Assembly (NCBI RefSeq): GCF_963921235.1 | Contig: NC_086097.1 | Coordinates: 204,106,001 to 204,170,000, forward strand | DNA length: 64,000 nt | From: Mobula hypostoma | Lineage: Eukaryota | Reading direction: 5' to 3' | Shown here: one piece after another, positions 13,156 through 24,375 of the stretch | Layout of the letters: every line of letters begins with the position of its first letter | Position numbering within the stretch: the stretch's first letter is position 1 | Program-made: the position numbers and the translations under genes | Notes under the pieces: generated by a model | The model's database searches: none | What the model was told of the DNA's origin: nothing | What the model saw: the letters and a program-made list of their open reading frames with translations, nothing else

Positions 13156-13639
13156 CATGTCACCATCAACCCTTGATGTAACCCTAGCCTAATCACGGGA
13201 CAAGTTACAATAACCTACTAACCAGTACTTCTTTGGACCTGGGTGGAAACCAGAGCACCCAGAATAAACCCACACATTCCATGGGGAGAGGAATGAGCTC
13301 CGAACTCCACTGCCCTGAGCTGTAATCCTGTTACGTTAAGGACAATGAAGGGAATGGGCAGAACCACTCAAGATGTAAAAGGGAATATGTGCTTGGAGTC
13401 AGGGGGTGTGTGTGAGGTGATTGATAATGCTAGAATTGTAGAAGTGTCCGTGGGAAGCTCATCCAGCAGATTAAGATGCATGGAAACCATGGTGAATTGG
13501 CTGTTTGGATTTGTGAAGTATTACTGAGGTGGGTGAAGTATTCTCATCCACCATATTTTCTGTTTGAATCAATGCTCTGCTCGGACTGGCAAACTTGAGT
13601 CACCACATGGAAACTGGAGCTGGGAGGTACAGAATCATG

Positions 13640-14700
13640 AATCATGAAATGCTTTGAGCGGCTGATAATGGACAATATAAAATCCTACCTTCCAGCTACA
13701 TTGGGCCCTTTCCATTCAAACTGGGTCATTGATGATACTATGGCCTCAGCTCTCCACTCCACCCTGTCCCACCGAGACAATGATGCCTCATGCCAGAATG
13801 TTGTTCATCAACTTCAGCTCAGTGATTAACATGGTCATCCCTCAGAAGCTGTCCTATCTTGGACTCAACATCCCTCTCAGTAATTGGATCTTGGACTTCG
13901 TTACAGAAAGTTCCCAGCCAGTCTGAGTTGGCAGCAACTTCTCAAGTTCCATCACGCTGAGCACTTGTGCCCCCCAGGGTTGTGAGCACAGTTTGCTGCT
14001 GTTTCAGCTGCTGACAGATTCAGCTCAAATCACATCATCAACTTTGCTGACGATGCTACAGTGGTTGACCTCACCAGCAACAATGATGAGTCTGCATACA
14101 GAGTGGAAGTAGAGAGGCTTGTCAAATAGTGTGAGAACCACAACCTGCCGCAGTGAGCTGTTTACTGTTTATCTTTGCTGCGCTTTACTACATGCATTTT
14201 GAATTATATATTATTAAGTTATTATTAGTATAATAGTTTGGTGTATGTGCTGTGTGTGACATGTTCAATGGGTGTACTGTAGTCTGGAGGAACACTGTTT
14301 CATTTGGTTGTATACATGTACAGTCATATTACAATAAACTTAAACTTGAACTAGTAGTGTCCAAAGTGTCCAACAAATCTTAGAGTCATACAGTCATAGA
14401 AAATTACAGCACAGAAACAGGTCCTTCAGCTTATTTAGTCCATGCTGAACCATTTAAATTGCCTAGTCCCATCGACCTGCACCGGGACTATAGCCCTCCA
14501 TACCCCTACCATCCATGTACCTGTCCAAACTACTTATGTTCCAAACTTAAGAAGTTGGAATCAAGCTTGCATCCACCATTTGCGCTGGCAGCTCATTCCA
14601 CACTCTCACAAGCCTCTGAATGCAGAAGGTTCCCCTCGTATTCCCCTTAAATATTTCACCTTTCACCCTTAGCCTATGACCCTTGGTTGTAGTCCCTGGA
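13640..14700. mobile_element. Decayed Rex1-type fragment (+) followed by CR1 3' end (-)
   Basis: [23 protein letters not shown] on the + strand; QRLVRVWNELP on the - strand at 14380-14700. Confidence 0.7.
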
Positions 14701-15678
14701 GAGAGTCTCTCCCCACACAATGATTTATACTTTTTAAACACAAAGATAACGATAAGTAATTAACTGCAGTTTGAATAGCTATAATCGCCTACTTAAAACT
14801 TCAACATTTTGAATGTAGGCAACACCCGTACAGAATAACATATTTACGGTGGTAGCACCTCCCAACAGACAGAACCACTTTGAACATTCAATACTGATAG
14901 CTGAGCTCAAACTCTAAACACCTAAAATATAACTCTTATGTTGCGGGATGTCTCCCAGACTATACAGCTAGCTAGAATATTAAGTGATAAAACAGACTTG
15001 TTTTGAACAGCTCATTAAGGGATACACCATCAATAATGTGTTAATACAGGAGGTGACCAGTTAATGCCTTCCCTGATCTCATCCTCAAATTTTCAATGAC
15101 CACCAATTTACATGAATATTAACTATTGTCTTCCCCTTTGTAGTTTTAGTTGTACAGAGCCAGTATGTGCCACACCCAGTGATTGGCTTCAATGTCCTTA
15201 AGGGATGAGTTGAAGTTAAATTGTAAACAAGTTTTATTTCTTGAAGACAAATTCTCCTTTTAATTAATACCTACTACCTGTAATTATTTTGTCCAGTATA
15301 ATCCCAAATATACCAAACAGCAATCTGCCATTTATTTTCAAAAGCTAGTATCTCAGGTACTTTTTTCTATAGATTCCATGTAGCTACATAAACACAAGAG
15401 ATTCTGCAGATCAACACATACGAAAATGCTGGAGGAACTCAGCAGGCCAGGCAACATCTATGGAAGAAAGTACAGTCAACGTTTCAGGCCGAAACCCTTC
15501 GGTAGATTCTGCAGATGTTGGAAATGTTGTGCTATATATGCAAATCTTGCTGGAGGAACTCAGCAAGTCAGACAGCATCTTTGGTGGGGAATAAGCATTT
15601 GTTTTGGGTCAAGACCCTTCATCAGGATTGGAACGGAAGGGGGCAGAAGCCAGAATAAGATGACAGGGGAGGGGAAGG

Positions 15679-15926
15679 TGTTCTTTATGTAATATTTCAG
15701 TAATATTTGAATAACCTTGTATATATGTTGCTTAATTAACTATTTTTGTTCCTTTAAATAATTCAATATGGATTATATGTATACATACTCAAATTGCATA
15801 TGCCATTTCACTACCATGTGATACATGCATGCCTCGCTTAAAGTAAACTCGAAGTTAGACACACATTTCAGAATCCCGTACTTTCCTTTGAATTAGTTTA
15901 ATGTTTTGAAGTTACAAAACAAAACA
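15679..15926 (+). repeat. 5' LTR of Gypsy element
   Basis: Aligns by eye with 18299-18504 plus 22546-22564 (TAATATTTCAGTAAT..., CCTTTGAATTAGTTTAATGTTTT, GAAGTTACAAAAC). Confidence 0.85.
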
Positions 15927-17009
15927 GTGGTGCTGAGGTATTTTTAAAATGAACCCAAGATGGCTATTGACCTGTTGGTGCGCAGCGAGACGTTTGATCT
16001 AAAAAATATTTAGTGAGTAATAAGGTGCAGCCCAGCATGTGCAGAGATGATCGAGCTAAAAATAAAAGCAGTCCAGCACATGTTCTTCGGAAGGTAAGAA
16101 TTGGAAGAATTCACAGGTTCATAAACTGTGATTGTAATCATAAAAATGCAGATATGGCTGCATACATCAGAAAGATTACTCAGTGGGTAACTGGCCATGT
16201 CTACTGAGCTAATTCAGTAATATTTTGGAGCAAATTAAATAGCCAATGAGAAACAAGTACCAATTTTGTGGTTCATTGGGGCTAAGGCATTGTCTGCTTC
16301 GAAGTTTAACTGCTCCAGTCAAACCCATAGAAAATAGCTTTGCTGATATTGTAAAGGTAATGTAGGAACATTTAGAATGGAAGCCATTGTTAATTGCAGC
16401 ACGCTTCAGTTTCATAAACAGAAAGAAAGGAAAGGGGAGTCCACTTCAGCATACATGGCTGAATTGGAGATGTCAGTTTGGTAATGGACTTAATGATGTA
16501 CTGAGAGACAGTTTAGTTTGTGGAATCTGAAAAGGAAATATTCAAAACTGGATCCTAACTGCAGGACAACTTACATTCAAAAAAAGCAGTTGAAATTGCT
16601 GTTTCAATAAAACCTCAGATGGATGCAATTGAGTTGCTGTCAGGAATGAAAGTAAGCAGGAAAAAAATTATGTCTAAACATAAACCAGCCTGGGTGAACA
16701 AATTGTGTTAACATTGTGGCAGAGGCTCACATCCATCAAACAAATACAAAACTTGCAGAAAATGCGTCAAAGTAGGACATATACAAAGAGTATGTCGGGC
16801 AAACAAAAATAAATGGACTGCACAGAGAAAAAGATAGAAGTTCAAGTTGCATTTCAAAAAGAGCACTAATCTGCATGCTGTTTATGAGTGTGAAACAGAA
16901 CTGAGTACTTTGCAGATGTGCAGTGTAAAAGTTAACAATAGACAAGCAACACACATCAAAGTTGCTGGTGAACACAGCAGGCCAGGCAGCATCTCTAGGA
17001 AGAGGTACA

Positions 17010-17043
17010 GTCGACATTTCAGGCCGAGACCCTTCGTCAGGAC
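17010..17043 (-). ncRNA. Minimal type I hammerhead ribozyme motif (best-preserved copy)
   Basis: Minus strand GTC-CTGACGA-A-GGGTCTCGGCCT-GAAAT-GTC-GAC: CUGANGA and GAAA boxes, helix II, GUC triplet, helix I GTC/GAC. Confidence 0.65.
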
Positions 17044-17371
17044 AAGCAATATGGTTTATGCCAGAAATGAACTGCACATTAATTAAAATGGAATTGGATA
17101 CTGGCTTGGCTGTTTCTGTCATTCCACAAAGTGAGTTTGAAGAGCATTTCAAAGATACCAAACTGAAGCCTGCAGATATTTAATTAAGAACATACTGGAG
17201 GAAAGATAACTCCTGTGGGAATAACATTCGTAACAGTGAAATTCAACAACCAACAAGCCACATTAGGTTTATATGTGGTAAAAACAGGAGGACCAGCATT
17301 GGGGAGGTGTGTTTGGCTGAGCCCACTACAACTTGATTGGAGATGCACAATTTGCATGCCACAAATCGTTG

Positions 17372-17996
17372 TCCAGCAGAGGACAAAAAGGTGTTGCTGC
17401 CAATCTCTGTGACTCTGGTTACAAAATCAGTGGTCCAACTACAACAGTATTTGTAGGCAACATAACATAGTTTTGTGTTGTTTCATGTAGCACCAGAGTC
17501 CTGGAGGAACATTGTTTCGTTTTTACTGTGTACTGTACCAGCAGTTTATGGTCGAAATTACAATAAACTTGACTTGAAAGTTTTTGATATGTTAACCAGG
17601 CAGTTACTTGCAAAGTGTGGCCTGGTTTTACGCTGGAATGGAGTTCAAGGGGCTTCAGGAAAGTTGCAAGCATTCTGCTTTTGTAGGTATAAAGAACCAG
17701 AAACTACATGGCGTGCATTAAGGTTATTGCATGAACTTCAAGTGGGAGACAAAAAGCTGTTTGTAAAAGTATATGCAAAGACCAAAGCCCAGCTGGATGA
17801 ATGGAAGGCCAAAAAGAAAGGAGGAGATATGAAAACAGAGGGTTCATCGGATGATGTTGTGGATGTGGAAGCCAAGGTGAGAGGTCAGTTCGTAAAGGGG
17901 GCAATAGAAGGATTAATAGATTAGAATATTCCAACGAACTAAATGCATCTTCCCAAGATCAAGACCCACAAACTAGAAGGAAACGTAAGAAGAAAG
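17372..17996 (+). pseudogene. RBM25: Processed (intronless) RBM25 fragment covering the RRM region, captured in the Gypsy element
   Basis: Translates as SGPTTTVFVGNI-[110-bp LINE tail]-KVFDMLTRQLLAKCGLVLRWNGVQGASGKLQAFCFCRYKEPETTWRALRLLHELQVGDKKLFVKVYAKTKAQLDEWKAKKK...KGAIEGLI/(frameshift)EYSNELNASSQ..RRKRKKK. Colinear with the vertebrate RBM25 RRM as I recall it. Confidence 0.92.
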
Positions 17997-18574
17997 GTGC
18001 CCTGGGCTGTCAGAACCACTTCCTACAGTCCACCACTGAGGAGGCCCTGGAACCTGAAATTGATTTCACACCCACAAGTCTTACCTGTCAAGCAGAGTGA
18101 TCCCCCGTGTCAGGAATGATGTTATTCCACAAGGGGAAGAAAGCCTGCACAGCAATGAAATCTGTTGGCCTGAATGGAACAATTTAATTTACAATGCTGT
18201 GGATGTCTGTATATAGTAGTTGTATTAATTGTATTACTGTGTATATCATTGAGATGTATTCTCTATTGAGTTGGAGTTTATAGCTAAACAGGGAAGAATG
18301 TTGTGTATTTAATATTTCAGTAATAGTTGAGTAATCTTGTATAGATTGATTCAGCATTTTTTGCTGTTTAAATAATTCATTATGGGTTAAATGTATAAAT
18401 ACGTGAATACCATGTGATACATGTGTACCTCACTTAAAGTGTACACAAAGTTAGACCCACATTCCCAGACTCCCATGCCTTCCTTTGAATTAGTTTAATG
18501 TTTTACATAGAAACATAGAAAACCTACAGCACAATACAGGCTCTTCGGGCCACAATGCTGTACCGAACATGTAC

Positions 18575-19494
18575 AGCTGGGTGGCAGTGTTAGCAGTGAG
18601 GAGGATGCTAAGAGGATGCAGGGTGACTTGGATAGGTTGGGTGAGTGGGCAAACTCATGGCAGATGCAATTTAATGTGGATAAATGTGAAGTTATCCACT
18701 TTGGTGGCAAAAATAGGAAAACAGATTATTATCTGAATGGTGGCCGATTAGGAAAAGGGGAGGTGCAACGAGACCTGAGTGTCATTATACACCAGTCATT
18801 GAAAGTGGGCATGCAGGTACAGCAGGCGGTGAAAAAGGCAAATGGTATGCTGGCATTTATAGCGAGAGGATTCGAGTACAGGAGCAGGGAGGTACTACTG
18901 CAGTTGTACAAGGCCTTGGTGAGACCACACCTGGAGTATTGTGTGCAGTTTTGGTCCCCTAATCTGAGGAAAGACATCTTTGCCATAGAGGGAGTACAAA
19001 GAAGGTTCACCAGATTGATTCCTGGGATGGCAGGACTTTCATATGAAGAAAAACTGGATGAACTGGGCTTGTACTCGTTGGAATTTAGAAGATTGAGGGG
19101 GGATCTGATTGAAACGTATAAGATCCTAAAGGGATTGGACAGGCTGGATGCAGGAAGATTGTTCCCGATATTGGGGAAGTCCAGAACGAGGGGTCACAGT
19201 TTGAGGATAGAGGGGAAGCCTTTTAGGACCGAGATTAGGAAAAACTTCTTCACACAGAGAGTGGTGAATCTGTGGAATTCTCTGCCACAGGAAACTGTTG
19301 AGGCCAGTTCATTGGCTATATTTAAGAGGGAGTTAGATATGGCCCTTGTGGCTACAGGGGTCAGGGGGTATGGAGGGAAGGCTGGGGCGGGGTTCTGAGT
19401 TGGATGATCAGCCATGATCATAATAAATGGCGGTGCAGGCTCGAAGGGCTGAATGGCCTACTCCTGCACCTATTTTCTATGTTTCTATGTTTCT
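18575..19494 (+). mobile_element. Young 5'-truncated CR1 LINE
   Basis: Uninterrupted 260-aa ORF 18616-19398 (RT C-terminus). (TTCTATGT)n tail. TSD ATGTAC at 18569-18574 and 19495-19500. Confidence 0.92.
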
Positions 19495-20473
19495 ATGTAC
19501 TTACATTAGAAATTACCTAGGGTTACCTACAGTCCTCTATTTTTCTATGCACCTATTCAGAAGTCTCTTAAAAGACCCTACCATAACTGCCTCCACCACC
19601 GTCGCTGGCAGCCCATTTCACGCACTCACCACTCTCAGTGTAAAGGACATACAACTGACATCTCCTCTATACCTACTTCCAAGCACCTTAAAACTGTGCC
19701 CTCTCATGCTAGCCACTTCAGCCCTGGAGAAAAGCCTCTGACTAACCACATGATCAATGCCTCTCATCATCTTATATACCTCTATTACGTCAACTCTCAT
19801 CCTCCGTCGCTCCAAGGAGAAAAGGCCGAGTTCACTCAACCTATTCTCATAAGGCATGCTCCCCAATCCAGTCAATATCCTTGTAAATCTCATCTGCACC
19901 CTTTCTGTAGTTTCCATATCCTTCCTGTAGAGAGGTGTTCAGAACTGAGCACAGTACTCCAAGTGGGTTCTGAACAGCATCCTATAGAGCTGTAACATTA
20001 CCTCTCCGCTCCTACACTTCATCCCACGGTTGATGAAGGCCAATGCACTGTATGACTTCATAACCACAGAGTCAACCTGCGCAGCGGCTTTGAGTGTCCT
20101 ATGGACTCGGACCCCAAGATCCCTCTGATCCTCCACACTGCCAAGAGTCTTACCATTACTACTATATCCTGCCATCATATTTGGCCTACCAAAATGAACC
20201 ACTTCACACCATCTGCCACTTCTCAGCCCAGTTTTGCATCCTATCAATGTTCCGTTGTAACCTCTGACAGCCCTCCACACTATCCACATCTCCCTCAAAC
20301 TTTGTGTCACCAGCAACTTTACTAACCCATCCCTCCATTTCCTCATCCAGGTCATTTATAAAAATCACAAAGAGAAGGGGTCTGAGAACAGATCCCTGAG
20401 GTAGACCATTGGTCACCAACCTGCATGCAGAATATGACCCGTCTACAACCACTCTTTACCTTCTGTGGGCAAG

Positions 20474-21212
20474 TGTCACAATGGCGGGGCATTGGGAGCA
20501 AGGGTGGACCCAAATGCAAGACCTATATTGTGAGGTTAATTAAATTTAGTTTATTGTTTGATATCAGGAGAGCTAGGCAGGAGCAGGAGTAGCGAACTGG
20601 ACAAAGACTGAGGACTACGACTAGGCTGGGACCAAGGGTCTGGGCTAGGACTCGGAATCGGCTCCCAGAACTAGAGGAGACATGAAGAGGCTAGGGTATG
20701 GACTCCAAGCCCGAGACTGGGCAAGGACCCAGTACCTGGGTCTTGCCTTGGGTTCGGACCCCAGAACCACTTGGATGCCGCTGGAGCCAGGACGTGGTGC
20801 TTGGAACCTCCGGGTAGTGCCAAGCTCTCGACTCGGCCCAGGAACAGTAGACAGCAGCTCTTGATTCTCTCCGGTGGGTTAATTGACGGACCCACCTTGA
20901 TGAGGAAACTTTGCAGGCTCGCTTCGGCGAGGTAACTGGACAGGGTTGCTCCGGTGAGAAAAGGTGAATTACCAGCACTCGCTTCGGGCAGAGACAAGGC
21001 TTGATCCGGCCAGATGACATCGGCACACCGTGACTTTGCAGACGCTCCCGCACCGAACGGCTGAAAGCCGGAGACTATAAACTACCGGTTCAGCCGAGAG
21101 TTAGTTGCCTCTAATCACCAAAGTCGAGGGACACGGGAAAACAGGGAATCAATGGTCCGGATCGTAACATAAACAAGGTAAATTTAAAGGGACCCCGATC
21201 CGGACCATGACA
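20474..21212 (-). mobile_element. Solo LTR (739 bp)
   Basis: TGTCA...TGACA termini and a perfect 5-bp TSD GCAAG (20469-20473 / 21213-21217). The CR1 reading resumes across it. AATAAA on the minus strand near 20550 suggests the orientation. Confidence 0.85.
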
Positions 21213-22564
21213 GCAAGCCAATTCTGGATCCACAAAGCAATGTCCCCTTGGATCCCATGCCTCCTTATTTTCTCAATAAGCCTTGCATGGGGTACCTTAT
21301 CAAATGCCTTGCTGAAATCCATATACCCTACACCTACTGCTCTACCTTCATCAATGTGTTTAGTCACATCCTCAAAAAATTCAATCGGGCTTGTAAGGTA
21401 ACACCTGCCCTTGACAAAGCCATGCTGACTCTTCCTAATCATATTATGCCTCTCCAAATGTTCATAAATCCTGCCTCTCAGAATCTTCTCCATCAAATTG
21501 CCAACCACTGAAGTGAAACTCACTGGTCTATAATTTCCTGGCCTATCTCTACTTCCCTTCTTGAATAAGGGAACAACATCCGCAACCCTCCAATCCTCCA
21601 GAACCTCTCCCGTCCCCATTGATGATGCAAAGATCATCGCCAGATCACCTTAATATCTACATTTTCAAGCCTTTCAGTCCACTGTAAATCATCCCTACAA
21701 TCACCAGGATCCTTTTCCGTAGTGAATACTGAAGCATAGTATTCAGTAACTACCACTGCTCTCTCCTCCGGTTCCATACACACTTTTCCACTGTCACACT
21801 TGATTGGTCCTATTCTTGCACATTTTACCCTCTTGCTCTTCACATACTTGTAGAATGCCTTGGGGTTTTCCTTAATTCTGCTCGTCAAGGCCTCCTCATG
21901 GCCCTTTCTGGCTCTCCTAATTTCATTCTTAAGCTCCTTCCTGCTAGCCTTGAATTTCTAGATCTCTATCATTACCTAGTATTTTGAACCTTTCATAAGC
22001 TTTTCTTTTCTTCTTGACTTGATTTTCAACAGTCTTTGTTGTTGTTTCTGTACCCTACCATCCCTTCCCTGTCTCATTAGAACATACCTATGCAGAACGC
22101 CATGCAAATATCCCCTGAATATTTGCCACATTTCTGCCATATGTTTCCCTGAGAACACCTGTTCCCAATTTATGCTTCCAAGTTCCTGCCTGATAGCTTC
22201 ATATTTCCCCTTACTCCAATTAAATGCTTTCCTAACTTGCCTGTTTCTATCCCTCTCCAATGCTATGGTAAAGGAGATAGAATTATGGTCCCTATCTGCA
22301 AAATGCTCTCCTACTGAGAGACCTGACTCCTGACCAGGTTCATTTCCCAATACCAGATCAAGTACAGCCTCTTCTCTTGTAGGCTTATCTAAATATTGTG
22401 TCAAGAAATCTTCCTGAACACACCTTACAAACTCCGTGTTTCTTTCCTGCATCCACAGAATCACCTATCTGACCTTCTAACTATAGAGTCCCCTATCACT
22501 GCTGCCTTCCTCTTCCTCTTCCTACCCTTCTGAGCCACAGGGCCAGAAGTTACAAAACATAACT

Positions 22565-23750
22565 GTAGGAGTACAAACTGGCAAGTAGGAGTGAGACAAG
22601 GTGAAGGTGGAGGTGAATGAGTGGAGGAGGGTGGATGAAGTAAGAAGCTGAGAGGGGATTGTTGGAAGAGATAAATGGCTGAAGAAGAAGGAATCTAAGA
22701 AGAGAGGATAGTGGACTGTAGGAAGAAGGAGAACCAGAAGGAGATTCTAGGAATGTTAGGAGAAGAGAAGGGATGAGAGGATAGCCAGAATGAGGAGTGG
22801 TAAAAGAGAGAAGGATGGGGAGAGAGATTATTCATGTTGCTGAAATCAATGTTTGTGCCATCAGGTTGGAGGCTTTCCAAACAGAATATGAGGTGTTGCT
22901 CCTCCAACCTTAGTTTGACCTCATCATAGCGGTAGAGGAGGTCATGGACATACATATCAAAATGGGAATGGAAAGTTGAATTGCAGTAGGTAGCCACTGG
23001 GATATCTTGCATTTTGTGGTGGGCAGAGCAAAAATGCTCATTAAAGCGGTCCTCCAATCTGCATTGGGTCTCACTGATATAGAGGAGGCCACATGAAGAG
23101 CATCAGATGATCCTGACAGACTAGCAGGTGAAGTGTCATCTCACCTGGAAGGACTGTTTAGGGACCTGAATGGTGGTGATGGAGGAGGTGTAGTAGAGGC
23201 AGGAATAGCACTTGTCACAGTTGGAGGGATAAGTGCCTAAAGGGATGTGGGAAGGGATAAGTGGAAAGGGGAGTCACATAGTGTGATCTCTACAGACAGT
23301 GGTGAGTGGTGGGAGGTAAGATTGTGCTTAGTGATAGGATCATATTGGAGATGACAGAATTTACAGAGAATGATGTGTTGGAAACAAAGGCTCATGGTAA
23401 TCCTATTCCTGTTATTATGGCAGGAGGATGGTATGAGGGCAGCATCAATGGGGGAGGAAGGGAGACCCTGTTCTTTGAGAAAAGAGGCCATCTCAGATGT
23501 TCTAGAAGGAAAAGTCTCACCCTGAGAACAGAGGCAGCAGAGATGGAGGAACTGAGAGAAAAAAAATTCACTTTTACAACTGACAGGTTGAAAAGAAGCA
23601 GAGTAAAGGTAACTGTGAGAGTCCATAGGTTTGTAAAAGATATCAGTGGATAGTCTATCTTCAGAGATGGAGACTGACAGATTGAGAAAGGGAGAGAAGT
23701 GTCAAGGATGGACCAAGTAAATGTGAGGTAAGGGTGGAATTTGGTGATAA
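22565..23750 (-). mobile_element. Penelope-like element (GIY-YIG region), continuation of the copy at ~15505-15678
   Basis: Minus-strand ORFs DRFNEH..PVATYCNS..RLEEQHLIFCLESLQPDG.NIDFSN and SQFLHLCCLCS. The purine-rich tail GGGGAAGG|..|AGGAGTACAAACTGGCA is continuous across the Gypsy insertion. Confidence 0.8.
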
Positions 23751-24375
23751 AGAGCATCTGAGCATGCTGCATTACTGTAGGTATGGAAACCGCACTGTGG
23801 TGGACAAGAGGGCCCTACAAAGGGTAGTTAAAACCAACCAAATCATCACCAGCACCGGCCTACCCAGAATCAAGGGCATATACACAGAAAGGTGCTGGAA
23901 AAAAAGCCAGTAATGTCATGAAGGATCCTACCCTGCTTATGGCATTATTGTCCCACTCCCATCACGGAAGAGGATACACAGCATCCATATCAGGATCACT
24001 AGACTCAAAAACAGTTACTTCCTTAAGCTGTCAGGCTGATCAATACCTCCACTCACAACCACTACATCCACATCAGCTACCTCCTCCCTACAGCCCCTTA
24101 GCACCCTTCATCCCCCAGGCACTGCCACTTACATTTCCACTCCACACCTCACCACTACACTGACACAGTCACTGTCCTACTGTGTTTTCAAATGCCTTCT
24201 GCTACCTAGAAATGTTCCTCCTGCCAAGGGTCAGGAGGAACATTTATAATTCACTTTATAATTTCACTTTATAATACACTTTATATGTCACTTTATAATT
24301 CCCTGTCACTTACTTTAAGTACAGATGCTCCTACACCTAGCCTCACTTTACCTCCATACAATCAGCGTATATATA

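Larger units (their letters stand above)
18505..22545 (-). mobile_element. CR1 LINE (EN C-terminus to 3' end), interrupted by another CR1 and a solo LTR
   Basis: Minus-strand ORFs LDLVLGNEP..DHN, WRVADVVPLFKKG..GNYRPVS, DFSKAFDKVPH, GLPQGSVL. (CTATGTTT)n-type tail at 18505-18520. Confidence 0.88.
15679..22564 (+). mobile_element. Non-autonomous Gypsy LTR retrotransposon carrying an RBM25 fragment; 3' LTR split by nested CR1s
   Basis: 5' LTR TG..CA at 15679-15926, then a TGG-starting PBS. Gag LRDSLVCGI (16501) and CCHC knuckle CRKCVKVGHIQRVC (16754-16795). Protease MELDTGLAVS (17088-17117). Purine tract AGGGAAGAA (18290-18298). 3' LTR 18299-18504, resuming as GAAGTTACAAAACATAAC at 22546-22564. 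5-bp TSD GAAGG / GTAGG. Confidence 0.85.

Noticed and set aside
17475..17924. Functional RBM25 gene or exon
   Set aside because: Partial, lacks introns, interrupted by a LINE tail, frameshifted near 17920, has substitutions in RNP1, and lies inside an LTR element.
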